A program made the translations under genes and the position numbers. A DNA stretch of 63,112 nt, filler included, from Nemertoderma westbladi (Eukaryota > Animalia > Xenacoelomorpha), in assembly GCA_032718475.1 (NCBI GenBank). It is 3 parts of 3 records of this genome, joined end to end, with 100 filler letters (N's around TTAATTAATTAA, not from the genome) between each part and the next. Parts side by side here need not be neighbours in the genome. Positions count along the whole stretch, not along the records: positions 1 to 25,649 come from JAUCBJ010000101.1; 2 more parts are not named here. One strand, 5' to 3'. The first letter of the stretch is position 1, and each line of letters starts with the position of its first letter. The notes under the pieces are model-generated. The model was not told the DNA's origin and did no database searches. It saw only the letters and a list, made by a program, of their open reading frames with translations. This document shows, piece after piece, positions 1-11,600 of the stretch.

Positions 1-929
1 TTTTTATGCTGAAACAGTTCCACCCTACTGTACAATACGAATACTGGTGGGCTTTGCCTACACATTGACTCAAATGTCCCAACTCAAATTTTACATACAG
101 TACATGTGTGCTGAAAATACCGTATGTTTTTCATTGGAAATACAAGGTTATAACGGCCGCATTCTTTCACGATTGGTTATCGTGCTTGTAACACCCCGGG
201 GAACTAAGTGATTTTACAGTGTTATTTGATGCAATATGTAGTTATAATGCAAATATTTTGTAACTTCCGGTTTTTTCTACAGTACGTTTTCCCTGTGATA
301 GAAGCTCCACCCTACTGTACAATATGAATCCCGTTTGGTCTTGCCTACATTTTCATTTAAATGCCCCAACTCTAATTTTACATACAGTACATGTGTGCTG
401 AAAATACCTACGTTTTCCTTGTGGTTTATATTTTTATGCTGAAACAGTTCCACCCTACTGTACAATGTGAAAGCTGATGGGCTTTGCCTACACATTGACT
501 CAAATGTCCCAACTCAAATTTTACATACAGTACATGTGTGCTGAAAATTCCGTATGTTTTTTCATTGGAGATACAAGGTTATAACGGCCGCGTTTTTTCA
601 TGATTGGTTATCGTGCTTGTAACACCCCGGGGAACTAATTGATTTTACAGTGTTATTTGATGCAATATGTAGTTATAATGCTAATATTTGGTAAATTGCC
701 GGTTTTTTCTACAGTACGTTTTCCTTGATTGGTTATCGTGCTTGTAACACCCTGTAGAATAAAATGATTTTACAGTGTTATTGGGCGAAATTGTAGTCAT
801 AATGCTAATAACTTTATACGTCCGGTCTTTTTCTACAGTACGTTTTCCTTGTGGCCCGAAACGTTACTGAAATAAATTTATTGTCCTATATTTAATTGGA
901 CCCATCCTACTACTGTTATACTGTAGCTG

Positions 930-3323
930 CATAGCCTACTATATTACAGGCCGTGCCAACGTGCAGATACAATTCTGACTTGGCGGCCGAGTTGGACTTG
1001 GAACCAGACTCCGCAATAAGCCAGTAGGCCTACAGCCAGACAGCAATACCTGAATTCAGCATTGGAGCCTACACAGTTACACTACCTACAGACTGACAGA
1101 CCTAGGTGTGTTCCGTGTCTTACTTGTATGTGTACTGGTACTCCCTTTTGAGAAGTTTTAGATAAGTTTTAGGCTACTTGTGCCTTTGCGCCGAAAGTCT
1201 TCGACGCAGCATTACGACCGGCGTCGGAAGTGGAAGCCATCGCAAAGATGTGCAGCGCCGGCGCTAAAATTTAGAACTATTTAAAACTACCAATTAAAAC
1301 TATAGGCCTAAGTCTACCGGTATTCAGGTATTAGGCCTACTTGGTGCTTGGATATCGATATGCCTCGGAAGTGCTGCGTGCCAGAGTGCCTGGTCGGTCA
1401 AACTATAAAAACGCCACACCATGCAGCGTTTTCCGTATTCCAGGCTGCCAGGGGAGGAGCCCTATAGATCGTCATGGATTTCCGTATTATCAAAAGTGCG
1501 TGCTAATTTGCATGTGACTAAACAAACCGTTGTTTGTGAACTCCACTGGCCTGAAAACCATGAAAAGCGCCGTGCTTATCGCTCAATTAAAATGATTCCA
1601 GCAGATCCACCATCTGTGTGGCCAGACATCGCTCCAAGTTGTACGCCCACGCCCACCCACGCTAACAACCGTCCCCGCAACCGTAAACTCTGAAACTCGT
1701 TGCATCTATGCGATCATTACGGCCGGACGATTTACCCCAGTTTCTGGAGGGGGATATTGTGACTTATGGATTTATACATTTGTTCAAATGTATTCGCAAT
1801 AACTGGATCACAGAAAAATCGAAAACTATCGAATTTGATGGATGTGTAGCGAAATGGTCCTGTATTGAAAGTCTCTTTGAACGAGAAAAGGCATCATCAA
1901 TAAAGATTGTCCATCGATTGACACAGAAGGCAGTGTACCCAAAGCCTATTGAAAGACAGGATGTTTCTGCTATGCTCCGTGTGTTTTGTGATGAAACTGT
2001 TGTTGCTCTTCGTACTCACGTTGATCCCACTGATGATGATAAAGAAACCGCAACTTTCATTGAGAAGTTCGTTCGCGCATTTAAGATACTTAAAATTCGC
2101 AGTCGCAGTGAAGACCAGCACTTAAACGACCCACTGCACCAACCATTTACAGACTCAAATGACCCACGACTCTCCGAGTTACTGATGCTGGCTAACCAAA
2201 TCGACTCAATGGATTGCAAAAATAACAACCTTCGCTGTCATACTTTTACTATTGATACTGCTAAGGCCATCTCTCATACATTTCGTGGCATTGTACATTT
2301 GATTCGCCATTGTCTCAACAATAGTTTTCAATATGTACTCTCCGGTCAGTTTACCACTGATCCCCTGGAAAAGGCGTTTGGACGGATCCGACAGTCAGCA
2401 GGCGGTACTTATTTCATATCTGCAGTCCAGGCAATGCAATATTACTCAATACAAAAGACCAAATTAATAACTGCATTGGATCAAGATTTTCTAGATTTTC
2501 AATCAACTAGCGGAGCTCATAAATGTGATAACTGTGCTTTCATGCTAACCGAAGAGGATGCTGCAGTATTCGATTCCTTGTCAGCCCTTGAGGTTGACGA
2601 GTTGGCCTTCGACACAAAGTCTGCTTTGCTATATGTTGCTGGTTATATACAGCGTTATATTCCCAACGATGATGACGATGACACATACTTTTATGCAATG
2701 CAGTTTGGCGGCTTTCTTGGTGAACTAAATCGAGGGAAATTGGTTACACCATCCGATACCTTTGTCCAGTTTACATTCTTTGCTTACATCATGTTTATTA
2801 GTTTACAAGCACAGACTATGTCGTTTTAGTTTAACCAATATTTTTGAAACAATTGCGGATAGTTATTTCGCCCAAGTCGTGCCAAAGGTGTGCTGTACCG
2901 GACTGTGCAACATATTTCTTAATAATTACAGTGTATTAGTCACCCCTACAAGCTCTAATGAAACATCAATTAAAGCAATCAAGTTGTGCTAATGATATGT
3001 TTTATTTATTGCCATACAGTAAAGTTAATTACGTTAAGTGTGAAGTTATCAGGCTAAGTATAAAGTAACACCATAAGTGTAAAGACCAATTTCAATTAAT
3101 TATAATCCAGCAGATTAACAGACAAACTGTAATCAATGACATAAAGTTTAATTAAAGTTTCATAACGTATGCATGCATCCTACGGAAAACGTATTTAGTG
3201 CATAGTTATCAGGTTTTGTGATGATGACACCACCACTAATAGTATAGGTAGGTTATTACAGGTCGGCCGCCAAGTCAGAATCGTACCTGCACGTTGGCAC
3301 GGCCTGTAATATAGTAGGCTATG
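930..3323 (+). mobile_element. P-superfamily DNA transposon, defective
   Basis: ~61-bp TIRs starting CATAGCCTACTATATTACAGGCC (930-990 / 3263-3323, 2 mismatches); 8-bp TSD TGTAGCTG at 922-929 and 3324-3331; empty site visible in the downstream repeat near 8227. Confidence 0.93.
1360..2992 (+). pseudogene. THAP-domain P-element transposase (THAP9-like), frameshifted and internally deleted
   Basis: MPRKCCVPEC...W...VCELHW THAP finger split across frames (1360-1693); core 1708-2829 with HLFKCIRNN, FTTDPLEKAFGRIRQSAGG and YVAGYI; C-terminus shifted into 2762-2992. Confidence 0.88.
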
Positions 3324-3562
3324 TGTAGCTGTAATAAATGCCCCCTACTGTACAATATGAATGTCCGTCTGATTTTCTCCTACATACTCTACTGATTTAA
3401 ATTTTGTTGATTTAACGTCTCAACATTAATTGCTTGTACCAAGGTACCGGTACTGCAGTACTGCCGGCTACTGCAGTAGTGAGTTGAAACTCTGTAATTA
3501 TCAGATTACAGTAATGTAGTTGGTTCGATTTAGTAGTACGATAGAGCTTGTTGTTGTTGCGA

Positions 3563-3598
3563 ACCCTGAGGATGCCCCGAGGGGCGAAATTAATTGGT
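3563..3598 (+). ncRNA. Minimal type I hammerhead ribozyme motif
   Basis: ACC-CTGAGGA-T-GCCC(CGAG)GGGC-GAA-ATTAAT-T-GGT: CUGANGA and GAAA cores, GC stem II, palindromic stem III, 3-bp stem I. Lies just upstream of the PLE ORF, where such motifs are known. Confidence 0.7.
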
Positions 3599-3696
3599 AA
3601 TTGAATTATATTTTATTGATATTATACATTACTGCATTATATGGGCGTGTAAAACTCCAACTGAAATAGTTTTTATCATTAAGTTACAACAATAAT

Positions 3697-6600
3697 ATGA
3701 ACGCCCTGAAGACGGCATGTCGTTATTTAAGCAATTTCAACTTAAATCCTGGAGTTAAACACGACATACGCACTTTGTTCGCAACAAGACAGAAAGTAAC
3801 TAGAATACCTGTACAAATTTGGTACCTGAAACAATGCAGAACTCAGACTCACTCTCCTGTTTACTTACGCGATATTTATGTTAGGACTGCGAGGCACCAC
3901 CAAGACTTAGCTGAGTATGTGGTGAAAAAGATATTAGGCCGACACATTACAGAATATTATACTAACTTAAGAATCTGTAAGCACAGCTGGTTTTGCCAAT
4001 ACCGGAATTTCCGAATCTGGATAAGTAAACATATAGAGGCCGGTACGATAGGCGAAGACTGGAACACTCTTCTGCGATTTGTGGAGTTCTGGCTCTACAC
4101 AATTGACCAGGGAGAACAGAAAGAACGGAGGAACATAGTTTCGAATAAATTGATCAGCATAAAGATGTGGCACGACCGATGGCGAACGAGAATGACCCCC
4201 CGTTGGCTTGTGCCGCAACGCCTAGTTAGACGTCCCTTGATTGACGTAATCGGAAACGGTAAAGGTGTAAAGACGTTCGACAACGTCGTTAACCTTTCGT
4301 CAACCCAACTAAACAGGAAAGAAAGGGACCTGCTCAGTCTGGGTTTTAAGTTCATCCCTACTGGGAGACCCAATCGTTCAAATCTATTGGATGCGCATGT
4401 CGACATTTCCTGCCTAGCCAGCAATCTGCGCTACGCCATCCTTAGGAAACAACGCGAAGACGACACCATCGATCTGAATCAAACCCCCGAACCACGGTTA
4501 ACCACCCTCGCAAGCGAGGTTAACGACAACGAGACGAACCAGGAGGTATCGTTCGATGTCACACCGTTAAACGTCGGATTCCCGTGGACGGAGCCAAACG
4601 ACGTAGAAGAAGACGACGGGGACGAACTTGAAACTTTGGACACGATGTTCGCAACTTTTTCAGTAAACCAGTCAAGAAGAGGAGACTCTGCGGTAGTAAG
4701 AAAACTGTTTGGGGGAGACGTGAGCGCGGGCCCAACTCCTCAACCACTGGTAAACTCGAGTACACCGATTGTACTCGGACCAAGTATAAGCCTTCCAGTT
4801 ACCAATACCGGTACATCACCCGAACTGAGGGTACAGAACCCGACGGACACACCGAGGAGAGAGGGGTTGTTAACTTTAAACCTAACCCGGCTGCAACGGG
4901 AGGAACCAATAAATCGAAGAATTCCAGGGTACGAAAGAGTTTCTCCACCGCCAACAGCGATACCACTAGAATACAAACCAGTGAAGATCCCCAGTAAATG
5001 GAGATATGTCGCGCCTGTGTGCGATAACCCAACCATTGAAAGCACGATCTCCGAGCTCCACAAAACGATAGAGAAAGAGATGAAACACGTAGGCAAAAAG
5101 ACTAAAAACAGAAACATTTCTGAGGAGCACCACAAATGTTTAAAGAACCTAAAGAATAACAAAGACATAGCGATTGTACAAGGAGACAAGACGGGAAACG
5201 TCATCATAGTAGATGAGGAAATTAAACAAAAAGAAATTGCCAGAATTTTGACAGATGAGGATACATATAAGAAACTTCCCTGGGACCCAACTAATAAGTA
5301 CCTAAAACACCTAAAAGACACTTTCCGGCTTATGGATCTCAACGAAGGACCTCTTAAAGACTTCTTACACGTGAAACGACCAGCGATGGGATATGTATAT
5401 CCCCTTTTTAAAGACCATAAGGATCGAGACCAATGGATCGACTGGGGCAATGGGATCTCCGCACCGAAGGCGAGGCTTATCGTCTCGACTACGGGAACTC
5501 TCGTCGAACGTCCCGCAAAACTGCTGGACTCACTCATACAGCCACTACTGTTACGAATGCCACATTATGCCAAAGATTCAAAATCGGTGAAAGAGAGGAT
5601 TCCCGTAGGATCATACCCCAGGGCGACTTTTATGTCCCTAGATGTAGTGGAAATGTACCCTTCAATATCCTTTGAAGTCGCTGTTGAAGGGATTACCGCC
5701 GCCGTAAGGGAGAATGAGGACATTTTAGATAAAACGGGGTATACTTTAGATCAAATTATTCAGCTGTTAATGTTTGTAGTATCCCACACATATTTTAAGT
5801 TTAAAGAGGGATTTTACGTACTGACCAAGGGGTTGGGTATGGGTGTACCGGCGGCGAAGGCGATTGCCGTTTTAGCCGTCCACCGCCTACACACCCACGT
5901 GGGCCTTATCACCATGTACGGTGCCATCTTTTTCCATACCTTTGTAGACGATGGTGAAGCCATTTTCGATTACGCCGTATCGGATCGAACCAAAGAGAAC
6001 ATTATATCTGAGTATAATAACGCGGGGAGGGAAGTGTTTGGAACCGATGACATTAAGTTTACATTTGAATTTTCAAACACTACATCCGTATTTTTGGATA
6101 TGGAACTGTATAAATCAGTACGGGGTGAAATAAAAACCCGAGTGTATTTTAAACCACTTTCGCGGAAGTTACCCGTTCCTTATTTAAGTAACCATGACAA
6201 CCAGTTACTGAAATCAGTGGTTAGAGGCCAATTGTTACGATTTTGGCGCCTGACCGGCGGGGTAGGGGGTGTTGATTATGAATCTGCGAGGGATCGGTAC
6301 CTCACAGACTGTTGGGTGTCGGGATATCCGCAGGAGTTCCTAGAGCGACTCCGAGAAATAAAGTGGGATAAACGACGGACCCCTCGAAACAGAAATGACG
6401 AGAGGGGTGGGGATTGCTTTTATTTCAAAATTGATGGAACTTTTAGACCGTGCGTAAAGACTGTGTTGGTCAACAACAAACGCGCCTTAGCCGAGGTAGG
6501 GGCTAAGGTTATTGTCACGAAGAGAGGTGGACTAAACTTGGGGAATTCCTTGATAGTGAAACGCGACTCATCAAGAGGACAGGGAAACGCACCATGTGGA

Positions 6601-7002
6601 CGCGGGGGGTGCCTTACGTGCCCGTTTTTGTTTGACCTTCCTGTACTACCATGGGGTGATCGTGTTACGGGCTCTTTCTCGTGTGTATCGTCAAATGTAT
6701 TATATGCAATCACGTGCAAAGACCACCCGGGGGGTTTTTATATTGGCCAGACCGAGCAAAAGCTGGCCGAGAGAGTATCTAAACATAAATCGGTCATAAA
6801 CGGGTATAGGAAACAACCACCCCAAGATTACCATGAACTAGCAGAGTTTTTATTGTGCGAACACTTCCGTATGTGCCCTTGGGAGAGTTTTAGGATCACG
6901 GTTTTTCGCCAATTCCGGGACAACAAATCAAGAGTACATGCGGAAGCGAATTATATTTTTCAGTTCAACCCCCCGTGGAACAAAGTGAGACCAGCTGTAT
7001 AG
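3697..7002 (+). CDS. Penelope-like element reverse transcriptase + GIY-YIG endonuclease, intact 1101 aa
   Basis: NLSS..L...E..LLSLGFKF, GDKTG, LFKDHK, SLDVVEMYPSI, GLGMG, FVDD, FLDM, VYFKP; C-terminal CxxxGCLTC and VLYAITC...FYIGQT GIY-YIG. Confidence 0.95.
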   Translation: MNALKTACRYLSNFNLNPGVKHDIRTLFATRQKVTRIPVQIWYLKQCRTQTHSPVYLRDIYVRTARHHQDLAEYVVKKILGRHITEYYTNLRICKHSWFCQYRNFRIWISKHIEAGTIGEDWNTLLRFVEFWLYTIDQGEQKERRNIVSNKLISIKMWHDRWRTRMTPRWLVPQRLVRRPLIDVIGNGKGVKTFDNVVNLSSTQLNRKERDLLSLGFKFIPTGRPNRSNLLDAHVDISCLASNLRYAILRKQREDDTIDLNQTPEPRLTTLASEVNDNETNQEVSFDVTPLNVGFPWTEPNDVEEDDGDELETLDTMFATFSVNQSRRGDSAVVRKLFGGDVSAGPTPQPLVNSSTPIVLGPSISLPVTNTGTSPELRVQNPTDTPRREGLLTLNLTRLQREEPINRRIPGYERVSPPPTAIPLEYKPVKIPSKWRYVAPVCDNPTIESTISELHKTIEKEMKHVGKKTKNRNISEEHHKCLKNLKNNKDIAIVQGDKTGNVIIVDEEIKQKEIARILTDEDTYKKLPWDPTNKYLKHLKDTFRLMDLNEGPLKDFLHVKRPAMGYVYPLFKDHKDRDQWIDWGNGISAPKARLIVSTTGTLVERPAKLLDSLIQPLLLRMPHYAKDSKSVKERIPVGSYPRATFMSLDVVEMYPSISFEVAVEGITAAVRENEDILDKTGYTLDQIIQLLMFVVSHTYFKFKEGFYVLTKGLGMGVPAAKAIAVLAVHRLHTHVGLITMYGAIFFHTFVDDGEAIFDYAVSDRTKENIISEYNNAGREVFGTDDIKFTFEFSNTTSVFLDMELYKSVRGEIKTRVYFKPLSRKLPVPYLSNHDNQLLKSVVRGQLLRFWRLTGGVGGVDYESARDRYLTDCWVSGYPQEFLERLREIKWDKRRTPRNRNDERGGDCFYFKIDGTFRPCVKTVLVNNKRALAEVGAKVIVTKRGGLNLGNSLIVKRDSSRGQGNAPCGRGGCLTCPFLFDLPVLPWGDRVTGSFSCVSSNVLYAITCKDHPGGFYIGQTEQKLAERVSKHKSVINGYRKQPPQDYHELAEFLLCEHFRMCPWESFRITVFRQFRDNKSRVHAEANYIFQFNPPWNKVRPAV

Positions 7003-8648
7003 TTGTATATTTATCAACTCATTATTTTTAGTGTAATACCCCGGGGAACTAAATGATCTTACAGTGTTATTTGATGCAATATGTAGTTATAATGCTAATA
7101 ATTTTGGAAACTTCCAGTCTTTTCTACAGTACGTTTTCCTGTGGTATATATTTTTTTATGCTGAAACAGTTCCACCCTACTTAACTTCCAGTCTTTTCTA
7201 CAGTACGTTTTCCTGTGGTTTATATTTTTTTATGCTGAAACAGTTCCACCCTACTTAACTTCCAGTTTTTTCTACAGTACGTTTTCCTTGTGGTTTATAT
7301 AAATTTTTTTATGCTGAAACAGTTCCACCCTACTGTACAATACGAATACTGGTGGGCTTTGCCTACACATTGACTCAAATGTCCCAACTCAAATTTTACA
7401 TACAGTACATGTGTGCTGAAAATACCGTATGTTTTTCATTGGAAATACAAGGTTATAACGGCCGCATTCTTTCACGATTGGTTATCGTGCTTGTAACACC
7501 CCGGGGAACTAAGTGATTTTACAGTGTTATTTGATGCAATATGTAGTTATAATGCAAATATTTTGTAACTTCCGGTTTTTTCTACAGTACGTTTTCCCTG
7601 TGATAGAAGTTCCACCCTACTGTACAATATGAATCCCGTTTGGTCTTGCCTACATTTTCATTTAAATGCCCCAACTCTAATTTTACATACAGTACATGTG
7701 TGCTGAAAATACCTACGTTTTCCTTGTGGTTTATATTTTTATGCTGAAACAGTTCCACCCTACTGTACAATGTGAAAGCTGATGGGCTTTGCCTACACAT
7801 TGACTCAAATGTCCCAACTCAAATTTTACATACAGTACATGTGTGCTGAAAATTCCGTATGTTTTTTCATTGGAGATACAAGGTTATAACGGCCGCGTTT
7901 TTTCATGATTGGTTATCGTGCTTGTAACACCCCGGGGAACTAATTGATTTTACAGTGTTATTTGATGCAATATGTAGTTATAATGCTAATATTTGGTAAA
8001 TTGCCGGTTTTTTCTACAGTACGTTTTCCTTGATTGGTTATCGTGCTTGTAACACCCTGTAGAATAAAATGATTTTACAGTGTTATTGGGCGAAATTGTA
8101 GTCATAATGCTAATAACTTTATACGTCCGGTCTTTTTCTACAGTACGTTTTCCTTGTGGCCCGAAACGTTACTGAAATAAATTTATTGTCCTATATTTAA
8201 TTGGACCCATCCTACTACTGTTATACTGTAGCTGTAATAAATGCCCCCTACTGTACAATATGAATGTCCGTCTGATTTTCTCCTACATACTCTACTGATT
8301 TAAATTTTGTTGATTTAACGTCTCAACATTAATTGCTTGTACCAAGGTACCGGTACTGCAGTACTGCCGGCTACTGCAGTAGTGAGTTGAAACTCTGTAA
8401 TTATCAGATTACAGTAATGTAGTTGGTTCGATTTAGTAGTACGATAGAGCTTGTTGTTGTTGCGAACCCTGAGGATGCCCCGAGGGGCGAAATTAATTGG
8501 TAATTGAATTATATTTTATTGATATTATACATTACTGCATTATATGGGCGTGTAAAACTCCAACTGAAATAGTTTTTATCATTAAGTTACAACAATAATA
8601 TGAACGCCCTGAAGACGGCATGTCGTTATTTAAGCAATTTCAACTTAA
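7003..8648 (+). repeat. 3' region / downstream pseudo-LTR of Penelope-like element
   Basis: Built from internal subrepeats (CTACAGTACGTTTTCC, GCTGAAACAGTTCCACCCTAC); 7306-8648 duplicates the upstream copy and ends at CAATTTCAACTTAA. Confidence 0.9.
8466..8501 (+). ncRNA. Second copy of minimal hammerhead motif
   Basis: Identical to 3563-3598. Confidence 0.7.
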
Positions 8649-11600
8649 CTCGTGTCACTGGTATTGCACGCTGTCCGTGCATACTACTTACGGTATAACT
8701 GACGCGCTTACCTTGTCTGAGATCCGTCACGACGTCAGCTATCTTTTCATCCACGTAGCTGTGAGATGAGGCTGAATCTAGAATTGCGTAGATTCTCTTG
8801 CTCCCCTTTGTGCCAGTAATCTTAATCGGAATTACACTGAATCCCTTCAGTTGGTCAGTAGTCAGAAGCGCGATCGATGGTTGTTCGTCTCCATTGGAAT
8901 ATTCGTCGTCGTCTTCTAACTCTTCGTCCGACGATCCGGATTGTTCTGAGAAGCAATCCTCAATATGGGTCACGAAGGTTGGAGTCGTTTTCGATTCTCG
9001 ATTTCTGTAGGCCGCATCACATCTCGCTGCTGCTTCCGGGTGTTCCCTGGCGAAGCGTTTTGTCGGCGTGTGGCTGTCTGTGTGGAGCAGACCGTCGTGG
9101 TTGCGTCCACAGGATGGACAAGTGTCAGTATTTGGGCAATCCTTACGGACGTGTCCGTGTCGCGTACACCGCCAACAAGAGTCCAGTGGCCGTATCTGCA
9201 GCCGCCGTTCTTCCGAGTTTAACTCGCGAAACTGTCGACAACCTCTCAACTTGTGACCGATATACCGCTTGCCTAAATGCTCGCAGTATTGGCAGCCGCT
9301 GAAGTCGGTACTGAGTTGTTGTCTAGTCTGTTTTATCCCAATGGGCGCAGATACCCTACTTCCGTCCGAGAATTGTCGGGTTTCCGTCGATGTGGCGTAA
9401 GTGGCCGTCTTAGTGGATGTTGTCTGGGGTTTTTGTCGGTTGGAGGATGGCAATGTGATTCCTTCTGCCACGATGTGCTGGTCAGTGTAGTTGGATCGAG
9501 TTTCTACTACTGCCTCCCTGGATATTAAAAGGTACACGTCCTCCAGTTTTAAGAATCCGCCCCGCTCTTCTCGCTGGTATTCGATCTTTCTCCACTCCCG
9601 ACGAAGTCGATGGTGGAGTCGTCCTATGATCTTTAATAGGACTGTAGGGGTATTCCCGTAGTCAAGTTGTCCAATGGATCTTAAAGTAGTGATAGCGTTC
9701 CTTATCTCGTCAGCCAGTTTTAATAAGTCGACGGGTTTAGTAATAGCCCCTCCCTTACAGAGTTCCTCTATTACTGACCTGGCCATACTGACTGTACCTC
9801 CGTATATCGAAGTTAAACGATCGTACGCTAGTTCGAAGGCGTCCGGTACACCAACGAAGGTCTCTGCCAAACGTTTAGGTTCTCCTGACAACGTTTGGAG
9901 CAGGTAATTAAACTTCTCCCGTGATGTAAAGGCGCACACGGCGATCTGGGATTCGATATAGTCTACGAAAGTATGCCAGTGTTTTGAGCTACCGGAAAAC
10001 TTCGGTGGTTGTTGTACCGGCAATCCTTGTCTGGCTGCGAATTTCGCTATCTCCTCGGCAACGTTCAGAGTTTCGCGTCCTTGGTTGTTACACTGGTTGA
10101 TATCCCTTCTTGGCGCTTTTCCCTGATACGATGTATGTTTTGAAGGTACCGGTCTTTGTGGTTCCTTCGGGTGTCTATTGTGTTCGAATTCGGAATTTCT
10201 CGAACTGTCGGTGTGACCTTCCTCCAGACGTTCCTCGATCTGAGCCAACTTGTTAACAACTGGTCGCAGGATGTCGGCGAACTGTTGTGTACTGATTGCG
10301 TCCGTTGGGTGTAACGCCTTCTGTGTTGGTGTATTCTGTGGAGGATTGTCTACAAAGGAGTTGTCTGAACGCTCGCGTTTATATTCATCGGCCGCCCCTG
10401 TTCTAAATACCTCGCGTTTCGGGTAATCCGATTCGCTCGAAGTACTACTATCATCTGGATATGGAGGTCGACGTGCTCGCGTCCGTTGCGTCGTACGAAT
10501 TCTCACGTTTCGTTTCGGAACATCGTCCACTGATCTCCGTTGTTCGGTAGGCTCACAAGTCTTCCTCGAAGTCGTAGATTGCGATGTACGCTGGTTGAAC
10601 GGTCGCGTATCCACTAGTCTCCGTTGTTCGGTAGGCTCACAAGTCTTCCTCGAAGTCGTAGATTGCGATGTACGCTGGTTGAACGGTCGCGTATCCACTA
10701 GTCTCCGTTGTTCGGTAGGCTCACAAGTCTTCCTCGAAGTCGTAGATTGCGATGTAAACTGAACCGGTGGGCGAATGACAGCATTTGAAACAACTGGCCT
10801 TGTTGGCCTAAACGTCATTGGGTAAGCGTAGTGTGTAACAGGTTTTGGCGTCAAAGGTGGACTCACCTGTTTAGTCGTCAGTAGTGCAGGTCCGACTAAT
10901 AAACTACTACGATCTGTAATCGGCGGGTTACTTACCTTGACTTTTGGAATAGGCGATGACGTTGCTCTTGGCGGTGTAAACTTGTCCGGAATAACAAACC
11001 TGTGTTCCGTCGCACCATGGATAGGAGAAATATTACTACTACCAGCAATCGAAACAGGTTCCTTAGTCGTAACAGGTGCAAACATAGGAGTTACCTGAGG
11101 GAATCTTTGACATAAGTCCCTAACTAATTGTCTTTCTCGTCCAGGTGCCCCTACCGAACCTTCCTTCATTCGTTCCTGGATTTGGCGGTGCCTTACCTCT
11201 AACTGGTCTAGATCGTGTCCATCTCGAGATCTCATCGATCGATCGCGGGCTTGTAGATCCAGATCTTCCTTCGCGTTGGCTAATTCTCTCGCCTTCTTCC
11301 CGAGTTCGAAATGAAGTTTAACTTCCTTCTCGCGTTGTTCCGTCTGTTGTTGTTGCGCCTCGAGCTCCGCTTGTCTTATCGCTGATTGAGCCTTTATTTG
11401 CCGTCTTTTCATTTCAGCTCTTGCTTCCGAAACTCGCTTGTGTTCTTCCAACTCCGCTGCTCGTCGCTCTAGTTCCGCTGCTGCTGCTCGTCGCTCTAGT
11501 TCCGCTGCTGCTGCTCGTTGCTCCGACTCCGCTGCTGCTGCTCGTCGCTCCGACTCCGCTGCTTGTCGTTCTAACTCAGCTGCTGCCGCTTGTTGCGCTA

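Larger units (their letters stand above)
1..3745 (+). repeat. Upstream pseudo-LTR of Penelope-like element (left end outside window), interrupted by P element at 930-3323
   Basis: 1-929 plus 3332-3745 match 7306-8648 almost exactly (constant offset once the insertion is removed; one mismatch seen, 305 vs 7610). The repeat includes the first 49 nt of the RT ORF, as is typical of PLE partial tandems. Confidence 0.9.

Noticed and set aside
277-495. Duplicated 72-aa ORF (also 7582-7800)
   Set aside because: Chance antisense ORF in the pseudo-LTR.
3700-3730. Extra hammerhead core CTGAAGA at the ORF start
   Set aside because: No GAAA after the putative stem II and no valid NUH.
4740-5537. 265-aa antisense ORF, and similar ones inside gag and the 1417-aa ORF
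   Set aside because: Shadows of long sense ORFs with no motifs.
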